NCBI GenBank assembly: GCA_052148655.1
Contig: JBKQHU010000145.1
Location: 33,227 to 97,226, forward strand
DNA from: Acidimicrobiales bacterium
GTDB lineage: Bacteria; Actinomycetota; Acidimicrobiia; Acidimicrobiales; Bog-793
Direction of reading: 5' to 3'
Length of the DNA: 64,000 bases
Part shown: positions 8,403 to 17,362 of the stretch, piece by piece
Layout of the letters: every line of letters begins with the position of its first letter
Position numbering within the stretch: the stretch's first letter is position 1
Made by a program: the position numbers and the translations under genes
Notes under the pieces: model-generated
What the model saw: the letters and a program-made list of their open reading frames with translations, nothing else
Told to the model about the DNA's origin: nothing
The model's database searches: none

Positions 8403-9032
8403 GACGGGAGAGCAAACCTCGCCTTCATAAGCTGCGGGATTACCTCCGCAGTCAGTGTCCTGGAATCCTTTCTCACAAAAGCCGCCTCCTCTCTTACGTA
8501 GGCGACCGACATTTCGCAGCGGATTCCAGCGCTCTAGGATCGGTTATGCGTTCTGACGATGGCACTTTCCGAATTTCAAAGACGTGAGAACTCTTACCAC
8601 CGTTTTTCTCAAGAGCTGGAGGGTCTGCCTTTTTGGCGATAAACAGACCGCTCGTGGCTCTAATGGTTTCTGACAGAAGAGTGCCCGGAGGTCCATTTCT
8701 CTCCGACACGCGCTCATGCAGGCAGTCGGGCGGCGTGCCACGGACCCTGGCGGCCATTTCGGCGCGGTCCGCTCCTCTCGGTGGACTTCCTCCTCGAGTC
8801 CCAGCTCTCCAGAATCCGTCAGATACAGCAACAACTGGAGCAGGCGACGTTGGCTGAGCAGACAACCCAAGGTCGGTCCCAGCCGGGCGGCTGGGCACGA
8901 GTTTCGTCCGAGAAGATCCGAGCGGCATCCTGTGCGTGAGGCAATCGGCCCTATGACCCGTAGCTGTCGTAGCTGTATCTCCAGGACAGGCCTGCTGACA
9001 CCCATGGCAATAGAAGGAACCGCGATCGCCAA
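8403..9032 (-). pseudogene. possible degenerate 5' portion of the HD-GYP gene
   Basis: ORF 8544..9032 is in the same frame as 7662..8402 and is separated from it by one TAA (8544-8546) plus 47 sense codons. PAS-N-cap-like strings (DLRALFCQKPLEPRAV, ILERWNP) are present. AT-richer, with odd amino-acid composition. Confidence 0.3.
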
Positions 9033-9154
9033 ACCGTATATCGATATGTGTGAACAGATGCGTCACAGCATATGGCCGTATTGTGCTCCGCCGGTGTTGT
9101 ACGAGAAAGCGTCAGACCCTGTCCGATAACTCTAACAGGTAGGCATCGTCGTCG

Positions 9155-9172
9155 TTTGACGGCAGCGTCAAA
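9155..9172 (-). terminator. hairpin downstream of the YciI-like gene
   Basis: TTTGACG-gcag-CGTCAAA forms a perfect 7-bp stem, 35 nt past the stop at 9207. No U-tract. Confidence 0.25.
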
Positions 9173-9206
9173 GCGGCACACTCACACTCATTGCCCGGGG
9201 CGCAAG

Positions 9207-9518
9207 TCAGCTGGGGTGGCTTCGGCCGTGCCTACCGTCGAGCCAGACCGTCCATGGCTCGATGACACCGATGCGCAGAAGCCCCATCGCAATCCACGGG
9301 TCCTCGTGGAGGCGTGCCTCGATCTCGCGGTCGTCGTTGGCTTCAAAGATCAGCAGGGCACGTTCGCCGTCCCCGAGTGGGCCACCCAGGACGACAAGAC
9401 CCTCGTCGACGAGCCCGTCCATGAAGGCCGCGTGCTCTTCCCAGCCGTCTTGGTCCCGGATGTGGCGCAAGGCGTCCCACTTGGGTCCGTGGACCATCGT
9501 CGATACAAAGAAACCCAC
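9207..9518 (-). CDS. YciI-like (YCII-related) family protein
   Basis: About 100 aa. GGPLGDGERALLIFEANDDREIEARLHEDPW...IEPW is typical of the YCII/DGPF fold. Confidence 0.75.
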   Translation of the reverse strand: MGFFVSTMVHGPKWDALRHIRDQDGWEEHAAFMDGLVDEGLVVLGGPLGDGERALLIFEANDDREIEARLHEDPWIAMGLLRIGVIEPWTVWLDGRHGRSHPS

Positions 9519-9738
9519 GGGGTCAATGTACTGACCGAACCTAGGCGGTTACTGCAGCATGCGGAGAGCGAGAGGGAGGCTCGCTCGCCGCCTACACAGA
9601 CCCAGCGCACTCGTGGCTACAGGGGTCATCGGGGTCAGTTGGCCGGGATCGTGGCGACGAGACGCGTCCGGGCCCTCCTGAGCCAGCAGTTACCAAGCCT
9701 GAGAGACCTCGCAGGCGTTCTCGCGGCCTCCGTAGTTC

Positions 9739-10455
9739 CTAGCGAGTGTCGACGACCTGGAAGGCCTCCGCGAGACGGCCCTCGGGCATTTGCAGAGCGA
9801 CGGCGTTGGCCGTGGCCCAGGATCGGATCATCTCGTCGAGGTTGGCGGTCTCGGCCAACTGGCTCTGGTGGCTGCGCAGAGCGCTGAGCTTGCGCTCGAT
9901 GGTGGCGGTGATGTCGACGCCACGCGTGGACCGCGGGGCGGCCATGAGCCAGACCTCCTCCACAACATGCGGCGCGAGGCCCGCCTCGAGAAGCTCGGGA
10001 TGGGCATACGGGTTCCTCGCGTCCGGGTACACCGCCTGCAGCGTGGCCTCGCCCGCCGCGAGATGGTCCGGGTGGCTGGCGCGGATCCGCTCCCAGTTGC
10101 GTTCCGGTGACTGGCACACCACGCGGTCGGGCCGCACGATCCGGATCATGCGGGCGATGTCGCGCCGGAGCTCGAGCGAGACCACGAGGGAGCCGTCCGG
10201 GTAGCCGAGGAAATGCACGTCGGTGACGCCCACTTCGGCCGCTGCTTTGCGCTGTTCGTCCTGGCGGATCTGTCTGAGCGCGGCGGCCTCGATGCCCGGG
10301 ATCGCACTTCCGGCAGCCCCGTCGGTCACGATGCAGTACGTGACACGGATTCCCTGGTCGGTCCAGGTCGCGATCGAACCGGCCGCGCCGAAGTCCACAT
10401 CGTCCGGGTGCGCCGTGACGACGAGCACCGTGGTCGGATCGGGCGATGTGCTCAC
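9739..10455 (-). CDS. PIG-L / LmbE family deacetylase
   Basis: The N-terminal VLVVTAHPDDVDFGAAGSIA motif and overall length are typical of MshB/Mca-type PIG-L proteins. Confidence 0.85.
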   Translation of the reverse strand: MSTSPDPTTVLVVTAHPDDVDFGAAGSIATWTDQGIRVTYCIVTDGAAGSAIPGIEAAALRQIRQDEQRKAAAEVGVTDVHFLGYPDGSLVVSLELRRDIARMIRIVRPDRVVCQSPERNWERIRASHPDHLAAGEATLQAVYPDARNPYAHPELLEAGLAPHVVEEVWLMAAPRSTRGVDITATIERKLSALRSHQSQLAETANLDEMIRSWATANAVALQMPEGRLAEAFQVVDTR

Positions 10456-10592
10456 GATACGACGCGCCTCGAAAGGACCACGGGTATCACCCGGGTCGTC
10501 TTCTCCTGGTACTCCGCGAAGCCCGGGTAGAGCTCGGACTGGATGGCGTAGAGACGCCCGATCTTCCGGTTCCAGTTCTCGTACTCGCTCAT
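10452..10592 (-). CDS. 46-aa micro-ORF resembling the C-terminal end of DDN/F420H2-dependent nitroreductase family
   Basis: ATG at 10592 with GGAGGAACG immediately upstream. The TGA overlaps the GTG of the PIG-L gene (GTGA, 10452-10455). Peptide: MSEYENWNRKIGRLYAIQSELYPGFAEYQEKTTRVIPVVLSRRVVS. It is below the ORF-track size cut-off. Confidence 0.45.
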   Translation of the reverse strand: MSEYENWNRKIGRLYAIQSELYPGFAEYQEKTTRVIPVVLSRRVVS

Positions 10593-10692
10593 CGTTCCTC
10601 CGGATTGGCGTCGGTCGGAAAGTCCCCGCGACGGTAGCGCCGGTTCGGCGCGTGGCGGGCCCCGGCCGGCGGACGCAACAGCGTGTTCCGAG

Positions 10693-11511
10693 TCAGTCGA
10701 GCGCCAGCCGATCGATCAAAAGCGACTGAATCGAGCGCCCGATGGGCCCTCTTTCGTCCCAGAGCCTGCTCTCGGAGATCCCGATCCCCTGTGGCTCGGC
10801 CACCGTGCGCGACTCGAGACCGACCCACTCCCCCACCGGGAGTCGGCTGACATGGATCGTCAGGTCAGGATTGATGAAAAGCCAATCGCCGTTGCTGAGC
10901 GGTGAGCTGACGCCGTTGCCGAAGTCCGCGGCGGTTGCCACCCGTTCGAGCGGTGAGGGCCGCTCGCCTGCGACCATCGGCACACGAAGACGCACCCACA
11001 CCGTCGCCGGCCCCGGCGACTCGAAGGCGCCCTCGACAAAGCGCAGTTCTGCTCCCTCACTATGGAAGGTTCTCGGGACTCCCTCCCATGTCATGGCGAT
11101 GCTGCTCTCAGGCGGGGCAAAGGCGAGCTCGGCCAGACGAGCTGCCTTGGGCAGGTCCATGTCTGCGGTGCGGATCCGTAAAGCGCGTCCCATCGCGACC
11201 TCGATCCCGTCTTGGCGGCCGATCACCTCGACAAGCTGCACCTTGCGCCCGGGCCGGATCAACCGGGACTCCAAGAAGATCGGGGCGAGACTCACGGGCC
11301 GGACCAACTCGACGGTCAGCCTGGCGACCCTCAAGCGCTCGTCGGGTTCGCAGCGCTGGGCTTCCCGGGCAATGAGGCCGGCGACCGGGCCACCGTGCAG
11401 GTGCTCGGCCGTCCAGGGCCCGAGAGAGAATGCGGTCGGTCGGAACCCGCCGCGCTCGGCGACGAAAAGGGCCTCGGCGGTCTCGGGTTTCAAGATGGGC
11501 GTCACAGGCAT
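10693..11511 (-). CDS. thioesterase-superfamily (acyl-CoA thioesterase II-like, hot-dog fold) protein
   Basis: Double hot-dog-like length (272 aa from ATG 11511). Recognised only by general resemblance (HGGPVAGL..., [10 protein letters not shown]...). The upstream part of the 455-aa ORF is GC artefact. Confidence 0.65.
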   Translation of the reverse strand: MPVTPILKPETAEALFVAERGGFRPTAFSLGPWTAEHLHGGPVAGLIAREAQRCEPDERLRVARLTVELVRPVSLAPIFLESRLIRPGRKVQLVEVIGRQDGIEVAMGRALRIRTADMDLPKAARLAELAFAPPESSIAMTWEGVPRTFHSEGAELRFVEGAFESPGPATVWVRLRVPMVAGERPSPLERVATAADFGNGVSSPLSNGDWLFINPDLTIHVSRLPVGEWVGLESRTVAEPQGIGISESRLWDERGPIGRSIQSLLIDRLALD

Positions 11512-11743
11512 CCTCGGCGTCGTCGAAGGGGCGGAGCGGGTTCGTGGACTACCGGATCGTACCGGCGACTCGGGGCGTGTCCGCCGAAGCCTGGCTGCCA
11601 AAACGCTCGCGATCGCGAGCGGCTGGTCGCTCCCGACTGCTACACTGGCGGGGTCCGGTCGGTTGACCGGTTTCCGGCTGCGGCCGGTGAGGCCTCGAGA
11701 CGACGTTCTGGTTGGCCTTCCTTTAGAGCTGACTGGAGTCTTC

Positions 11744-13264
11744 TTGCCACCCACCTTCGCCGATCTTGGCGTGCCCGCCGACGTTGTCGCCCTGTTGGCG
11801 CGCGACGGCATCACAACACCGTTCCCGATCCAGGCGGCGACGCTTCCCGACGCCCTCGCCGGCCGGGACGTCTCCGGACGCGCCCCGACCGGTTCCGGAA
11901 AGACGCTCGCCTTCGCCATCGCGATGACAGAGGCCCTCTCCTCCGGCGGTTCGCGCTCCAGGGCGCGTTGCCCACGAGGTCTCGTCCTTGTGCCGACCAG
12001 GGAACTGGCCGCGCAGGTGTGCGGTGTCCTCAGTCCGCTCGCAAAGACTCGCAAACTCACCGTGGCGGCTGTCTACGGCGGTGCCGGTTACGGCCCTCAA
12101 CTACAGGCCCTGCGCGCCGCTGTCGACGTCCTGGTGGCCTGTCCGGGTCGGCTCGAAGATCTCATCGAGCGGCGCGAGGTCAGTCTTGGCGAGGTGAGCA
12201 TCGCCGTGGTCGACGAGGCGGACCGGATGGCCGACATGGGCTTTCTCCCAGCCGTGCGACGGATCCTCGACCAGACCGCGGCCGACCGCCAGGTCCTGCT
12301 CTTCTCCGCCACCCTCGACGGCGAGGTGGATGTCCTTGTCCGCCGGTATCAATCGAATCCCGCCCGCCACGAGGTCCAGCTCACGGCGGCCTCCTCCGGT
12401 GAGGTGCGCCACATGTTCTGGAAGGTGGACCGCAACGACCGGGTCACGCTCGCGACCAAGGTCGTCACGGGCCATGCGAGCTCGATCGTCTTCTGCCGGA
12501 CGCGCCATGGTGCCGACCGGCTCTCACGGCAACTGCTGAGCGCCGGCGTCGACGCCGTGGCGCTGCACGGCAGCCGCACCCAGGCCCAGCGCGACAGGGC
12601 ACTGAAAGCCTTCCACTCCGGGGCGGCCCGCGTCCTCGTCGCCACCGATGTGGCCGCGCGAGGCATCGACGTCGAGAACGTCGCCTGCGTGCTCCACTTC
12701 GACCCGCCCAGCGATCACAAGGACTACGTGCATCGCTCGGGCCGTACCGGCCGGGCGGGCGCGGACGGAACGGTCATCTCGCTCATCACCTCTGACCAGT
12801 CGAGCGCTGCCCGCTCCCTGCAACGTGCACTCGGGCTTGCGCAGAGGCTTGAGGAGCCCGTCCACCTTCCGCCCGTCCAACAGCGGGCGAGCAAGCCCAC
12901 GGCCATCTCGGAGATGACACGGACCAAGACTGCCGTGCAGGGCGCCGTGCCAACGCGGACGCGGCCGGACAACGCCAAGCGTTCGGGGCGCGCCGCGCGG
13001 CCGGTGCGTGCCGGGCACCTGTATCCGGGCAAGGGAGAGGCCCGTGGTGGTCGGTCGCTCCGCCCTGCCACCGGCACGCTGAAGTGGTTCGACCCGGTCA
13101 GAGGTTTCGGGTTCATCACTCCCGACGCGGGGGGTCGTGACGTGTTCGTGCACCGGTCTGCGATCAGTGAGAGCGATCAGGCTCTTGCCGAGGGAGCCCG
13201 TGTCGAATTCCTGTCCCGCCCGGGGCCGAAAGGCCTCGAGGCCGTGGAGCTGCGCGCCAGCTGA
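11744..13264 (+). CDS. DEAD-box RNA helicase with C-terminal cold-shock domain
   Basis: Q motif [16 protein letters not shown] (VVDEADRM), [17 protein letters not shown] and [10 protein letters not shown]. The last 63 aa (13073-13261) form a CSD with RNP1 RGFGFI and RNP2 VFVHR. The TTG start at 11744 with GGAG upstream is inferred. Confidence 0.85.
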   Translation: MPPTFADLGVPADVVALLARDGITTPFPIQAATLPDALAGRDVSGRAPTGSGKTLAFAIAMTEALSSGGSRSRARCPRGLVLVPTRELAAQVCGVLSPLAKTRKLTVAAVYGGAGYGPQLQALRAAVDVLVACPGRLEDLIERREVSLGEVSIAVVDEADRMADMGFLPAVRRILDQTAADRQVLLFSATLDGEVDVLVRRYQSNPARHEVQLTAASSGEVRHMFWKVDRNDRVTLATKVVTGHASSIVFCRTRHGADRLSRQLLSAGVDAVALHGSRTQAQRDRALKAFHSGAARVLVATDVAARGIDVENVACVLHFDPPSDHKDYVHRSGRTGRAGADGTVISLITSDQSSAARSLQRALGLAQRLEEPVHLPPVQQRASKPTAISEMTRTKTAVQGAVPTRTRPDNAKRSGRAARPVRAGHLYPGKGEARGGRSLRPATGTLKWFDPVRGFGFITPDAGGRDVFVHRSAISESDQALAEGARVEFLSRPGPKGLEAVELRAS

Positions 13265-13268
13265 GGCC

Positions 13269-13287
13269 CTCGGGCGACGGGCCCGAG
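13269..13287 (+). terminator. hairpin just after the helicase stop
   Basis: CTCGGGC-gacgg-GCCCGAG forms a 7-bp stem, 5 nt after the TGA. It lies between convergent genes. No U-tract. Confidence 0.4.
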
Positions 13288-13328
13288 CCGCTGTCACGAG
13301 GTCTGTACCTTGGCTCTGAGGCGCCCAC

Positions 13329-14759
13329 TCAGCTCGAGCCCGCCTCCGGAGCCGGCTTGAATCCCAGCACCAGAGACACCGTCACGAGAGTGGGCCCGCG
13401 GTACAGCTCGATCGTCACCCTTTGGCCCGGGTGGGCTGCGCCCACGGCCTTCGTGAGAGCGACGTCGGTCGTGATGGAGCGACCGGCAAAGCCGACGATG
13501 ACATCGCCTGCTGCGATCCCAGCCAGCTCGGCCGGTGCCCCCGGGAACACACTCACCACCAACGCTCCGCTCGTTGCGGTGAGCGACCAGCTGGCCCGCT
13601 CGGATGGAGTGACCGAGACCACCTCGACGCCCAGGAAGGCCTTCGGGCGTCCGATAGTGCCGCCCTTTCGCAGTCCTGGGATCAGGGCGCGGATGTTGGC
13701 GATCGGAATCGCAAAGCCGATGTTCTGTGTAGGCGCGTTGCCGGTCGTGCTCGCCGCGGCCGCGGTGCTCATGCCGATCACCTGACCGGCGCTGTTGACG
13801 ATCGGACCACCTGAGTTCCCGGGGTTGATCGGGGCCTGGGTCTGCAGGAGCCCGCTCAGCGACTCGGTTCCGGCGCAGTTTTCCCCCCCGGCCGTGATGG
13901 ACCGTCCTTCCGCGGAGATGATGCCTTCGGTCACCGAAGGGGTGCTTCGCGACAGGTCCAGCGCGTTGCCGATCGCGAGGACATCCTCGCCGACCGCGGT
14001 CGTCGCGGAATCGCCGAGCGAGACGGCCCGGAGCGAGCCGGTCGCGTGCACCTGCAGGAGTGCGACGTCGTAGCTCGGGTCGGTGCCGAGCAGGGTTGCC
14101 GGGTAAGCCTTTCTCTCGCCGTGGAAGGTGACACTTATCTGGGTCGCGTTCGCTATCACGTGATCGTTGGTCAGGATCTCACCGCTGCCTGTGAGGACCA
14201 TCCCGCTGCCTTCTTCGGACTGTGTCCCGCCGAAAGGTCCCGCTGTGCACCCCGGCCCGAACGCCTGGATCGCCACCACCGAGGGCAACACTCGTGTGAG
14301 CACGGCCTGCACGTCGTTCATGCCGTGGAAGACGCTCGTGCTGGGCGAGAACCTGACGTCGGTGGTGTTGTGGGCGCGGATCGTCGCGGCAACCTCTGCA
14401 CCTGCTCCCAGGCCTGCCGCGGTGCCGACGAACAAGGCGATCAGCACGACCGCGACCCATCCTCGACGCGTGTTGGCGTCATCGGGGCCTTGAGAGGAAG
14501 CACGGACTAAAGGCCTGGAAACAGAAGGTGATCCCGCCTCCGGTTCCTCACCGCGCTCTGGCGCGCGAGAGGCGTTGTCACCGCCACAGAGGCCATCGCG
14601 GGAACGCCCGCTGGAGTCGTCGCGTTCCACATTTGAGGTTGTATCGCGTCGGCGGGCAGAGTGTGACGCATGACCCTCGGCGGGCCTGCGGGCAGTCCCA
14701 CTTCGCAAACTGCGCTGCAGCCTGTAGTTTGACCGCAGCATGTCTAACCGTCTCGACAT
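13329..14759 (-). CDS. HtrA/DegP-type trypsin-like serine protease with PDZ domain
   Basis: Catalytic triad context TNDHV, DVALLQV and GNSGGP. TM segment WVAVVLIALFVGTAAGLGAG. C-terminal PDZ. The start is uncertain because the longest ORF overlaps the divergent gene start. Confidence 0.85.
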   Translation of the reverse strand: MSRRLDMLRSNYRLQRSLRSGTARRPAEGHASHSARRRDTTSNVERDDSSGRSRDGLCGGDNASRAPERGEEPEAGSPSVSRPLVRASSQGPDDANTRRGWVAVVLIALFVGTAAGLGAGAEVAATIRAHNTTDVRFSPSTSVFHGMNDVQAVLTRVLPSVVAIQAFGPGCTAGPFGGTQSEEGSGMVLTGSGEILTNDHVIANATQISVTFHGERKAYPATLLGTDPSYDVALLQVHATGSLRAVSLGDSATTAVGEDVLAIGNALDLSRSTPSVTEGIISAEGRSITAGGENCAGTESLSGLLQTQAPINPGNSGGPIVNSAGQVIGMSTAAAASTTGNAPTQNIGFAIPIANIRALIPGLRKGGTIGRPKAFLGVEVVSVTPSERASWSLTATSGALVVSVFPGAPAELAGIAAGDVIVGFAGRSITTDVALTKAVGAAHPGQRVTIELYRGPTLVTVSLVLGFKPAPEAGSS

Positions 14760-16830
14760 CGAACTGACCAGTATCCGTAGTGACGGCAGCTACACCTGGC
14801 GTGCCGCCGGGGCGCGCCAGCCGAAGGGCGTCATCGACGCGAAGATCCTCACCGACAACGCGAAGGTCGGCGATGTCTTGCGTGTCGAGGCAGAAGTCGA
14901 GATCGATGGGATCACTATTCTCGGCGTCCTGCCCCCCAAGGAGAAGGTGACGCCGGAGGGCCGCATCGAGCTGCTCGGTTCCTCCAAGCCGGTACCTGCG
15001 GTCACGACGGTCCTCCTCTCCGAAGGCGGCCGGGGGGACCGCCGGGATCTCCTCGACAGTCCGCGCCGTGGCGAACGAAGCGGCTCGCGCGACCGCCGAC
15101 CGGCGCGAGGAGCAGAACGCCCGGATGCCCGGCGACCGCAGGCCGCTGCCGGCGGTACGGAGCCTGGCGCAGAGAACAGACCGGAGCGGCGACCGCGTCC
15201 CGACGCAGCCTCCCCGGGCAGGTCCCCACGCAGCGCTGACGGTCGTCCTGGCTCAGGCGCCGATCGCAGGCCCGAACGCCGTCCCCGGGCAGAGGCCGAA
15301 CTTGGGGCCGCGTCCCCCCGGGGCACAGGGGGTCGTCCTCCCACCTCTGGCGGCGAGCGCAGGCCCGAACGGCGCCCGCGCCCGGAGGAACTTGGCGAGG
15401 CGGGGACTCCGCGCAGCGGCGAGGACCGGCCCGCAGCATCGGGGGGCGAGCGGCGGGGACCGGGGCGTCGTCCGGTTGCGCCGGGCGGCGAACGTGGCCC
15501 CGGCGATGGGAGGCAGCCCGCATCCGCTCGGGCCGCCCATCCCCAGGCCCCGGCGCGCAAGGCGGTCCCCCGCTTTGAACCCGGCACCGTGCATCGTGAT
15601 CTCTTGTTCGCCGGCCTGGCTTCCGAGCAACGGCCCATCGCCGAACGCCTAGCTGCCGGGGGCATACCGGCAGTTCGCAGGGCGATCGCCGCCGAACGCG
15701 AACGCGCCCGTTCAGAAGGCAGGCCCGAGGTGAGTGGCGAGGCCATCCTTGCTCTTGCCGAGCAGCTCGCCCCCTCGGTCAAACAGTCGATCTGGCTCGA
15801 CCGCGCCGAAGCGGCCGTTGCCCAGCTCGACCAGATCTCCCTACGGGACCTCCGCACGACAGTGGCGGCTGCGGCCCCTCGTGACGAGGCATCGCGGGAC
15901 CTCGACCGCAAGCTTCGCGAGGAGCTCGATCGGCGCGTCAAGAAGCTGCGCTCGAACTGGGAAGACCAGATCACCCACGCCCTTGAAGAAGGGCGCGTTC
16001 TCCAGGCGCTGCGGTTCTCGGCGCAGCCTCCGGAGCCGACGGCGCGGTTCCCCGCGGCGCTTGTGGGCCGGCTCTCGACCAGCGCCGGCGCGTCCATGAC
16101 CTCCACTACACCGGTCGAGCGCTGGCTGGCCATCCTCGACGCCGCCGTGAGCTCCCCGATCAGGCGCCAGATCCACCCAGAAGGCCTGCCCGAGGATCCC
16201 TCCGGTGAGGTCGTACGAAAGGCCCGTGTTGCCGCGGGGAGCATCCCGGCGCTGGCACCCATGCTCGGGCTCACCATGCCACCTCCACCCAAGCCCCTGC
16301 GGACGGCTCGGCCCCCTCGCCCGCCACGTCCGCCCCGCCCGTTCGGGCGCCCACCACGTCCGGCGGCTTTGGGGGGCGCGCCCGCCGACCACGAGACCGA
16401 GCCGGCCCCGCATGAGAGCGCGACCCGCGAGGACCATTCCCCGCCAGGCGCGCTCGAACCGGCGGAGTCGCTCCATGCGACCACACCTTCCGACGACCGT
16501 GTCTCGACAGGGGCGGGCGGAGAGGTGGAAACGGCCCCGGCGGAGGCTTCAGGTGCTACCGCCCCGCCAGAGGCTTTTGAAGCCCCCCAGGAAGCTCTCA
16601 CGGAGGTTTCCCACGACTTTGCAGTTGCTGACGCTCCCGAGCCCACAGACGGCGCCCTGACGGAGTCTCCCAGGGAGTTCGCAGGCTTGGCGGACGGCAC
16701 GACTCCGGAGGACGACGTTCCCGCTGAGGCTGACAACGCTCCAGCTCAGGCTGTCGATGAGAGTCAGGCTGTCGATCAGAGTCAGGCTGTCGATCAGAGT
16801 CAGTCGCCGGTTGCGGACGCACCGGTCTGA
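14740..16830 (+). CDS. large conserved-looking hypothetical protein with R/P/E-rich repeats and acidic tail
   Basis: Folded-looking N-terminus (about 95 aa) and central helical region. In between are repeats of RPERRPRP-type units. The C-terminus is P-rich then acidic. The antisense 648-aa ORF is judged a GC artefact. Confidence 0.6.
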   Translation: MSNRLDIELTSIRSDGSYTWRAAGARQPKGVIDAKILTDNAKVGDVLRVEAEVEIDGITILGVLPPKEKVTPEGRIELLGSSKPVPAVTTVLLSEGGRGDRRDLLDSPRRGERSGSRDRRPARGAERPDARRPQAAAGGTEPGAENRPERRPRPDAASPGRSPRSADGRPGSGADRRPERRPRAEAELGAASPRGTGGRPPTSGGERRPERRPRPEELGEAGTPRSGEDRPAASGGERRGPGRRPVAPGGERGPGDGRQPASARAAHPQAPARKAVPRFEPGTVHRDLLFAGLASEQRPIAERLAAGGIPAVRRAIAAERERARSEGRPEVSGEAILALAEQLAPSVKQSIWLDRAEAAVAQLDQISLRDLRTTVAAAAPRDEASRDLDRKLREELDRRVKKLRSNWEDQITHALEEGRVLQALRFSAQPPEPTARFPAALVGRLSTSAGASMTSTTPVERWLAILDAAVSSPIRRQIHPEGLPEDPSGEVVRKARVAAGSIPALAPMLGLTMPPPPKPLRTARPPRPPRPPRPFGRPPRPAALGGAPADHETEPAPHESATREDHSPPGALEPAESLHATTPSDDRVSTGAGGEVETAPAEASGATAPPEAFEAPQEALTEVSHDFAVADAPEPTDGALTESPREFAGLADGTTPEDDVPAEADNAPAQAVDESQAVDQSQAVDQSQSPVADAPV
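16747..16800 (+). repeat. 3 x 18-bp tandem repeat inside the CDS
   Basis: CAGGCTGTCGATGAGAGT, CAGGCTGTCGATCAGAGT, CAGGCTGTCGATCAGAGT. These encode QAVDES QAVDQS QAVDQS. Confidence 0.95.
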
Positions 16831-16857
16831 CACACCCGCTGCGCCGCCGGGTACCGG

Positions 16858-17331
16858 CTAGCTCGCCAGGCGCCGATGCATGACGAGAAGGCGCGCCGCG
16901 AAACCAGCGCCTTCGAGGAAGTTCTTCGAGTTTCTCATGCCCGGGAGCACGGGCACGTCGATACCGGCGGCCCCGCGCCGGCTCGCCCAATCGGTCACCT
17001 CGGCGAGCAGCGTCTCACCGACTCCCACCTCGCGTGCCGGCGGGTCGACGTAGAGGACCTCGACAGTCACCAAAGGCGCCGCTTCCGGTACCTCCTCGAG
17101 CCGGGCGACGCCCAGGCCGACCGCCACATCGTCGATCGTCCCGAGCAGGACGAGCCTCCGGTCGTCGCGGACCATGGCTCGAAAGTGCGGTTCCAGCGGT
17201 TCCGCGAAGGCCTCCTTCAGCACGTGCACGCTGCCGCCTCGTTCCCCGGCGAGGGCTTGGCGACATGCTCGGTACAGCTCCACGAGAGTCCGCACGTCGT
17301 CCTCGGTGCCGGCGCGGGCCCCGATGTTCAT
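16858..17331 (-). CDS. GNAT family N-acetyltransferase
   Basis: 157 aa. The acetyl-CoA pocket-like VDPPAREVGVGETLL and overall pattern are typical of GNAT. Confidence 0.8.
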   Translation of the reverse strand: MNIGARAGTEDDVRTLVELYRACRQALAGERGGSVHVLKEAFAEPLEPHFRAMVRDDRRLVLLGTIDDVAVGLGVARLEEVPEAAPLVTVEVLYVDPPAREVGVGETLLAEVTDWASRRGAAGIDVPVLPGMRNSKNFLEGAGFAARLLVMHRRLAS

Positions 17332-17362
17332 ACTCTCGATTTGCCTTTCGCGCCCGGGCGCC

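Noticed and set aside
8403-9206. The AT-richer gap was checked by eye for a structured RNA gene (RNase P, tmRNA, SRP, retron msr/msd) or a CRISPR array.
   Set aside because: None of the signature strings I know is present (e.g. GAGGAAAGTCCGG, or a tmRNA tag plus CCA end), and there are no regularly spaced repeats. Only isolated short hairpins are present, such as GGTCTG…CAGACC at about 8622-8649.
10742-11743. Upstream 330 codons of the 840-aa ORF containing the DEAD-box helicase, and the N-terminal 180 codons of ORF 10693..12060.
   Set aside because: These stretches are antisense to each other and have no protein-like composition. The recognisable domains begin at about 11744 (helicase) and 11511 (thioesterase).
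14790-16736. 648-aa ORF antisense to the 696-aa gene. Similar long antisense or alternative-frame ORFs include 28874..30310, 36269..37414, 39144..40583, 41373..43547, 43774..44784, 47386..48570, 38702..40381 and 22660..23880.
   Set aside because: They overlap genes with clear family signatures on the other strand or frame. Their translations are Arg/Pro/Gly/Ala-rich low-complexity strings, typical of stop-codon-poor frames in high-GC DNA.
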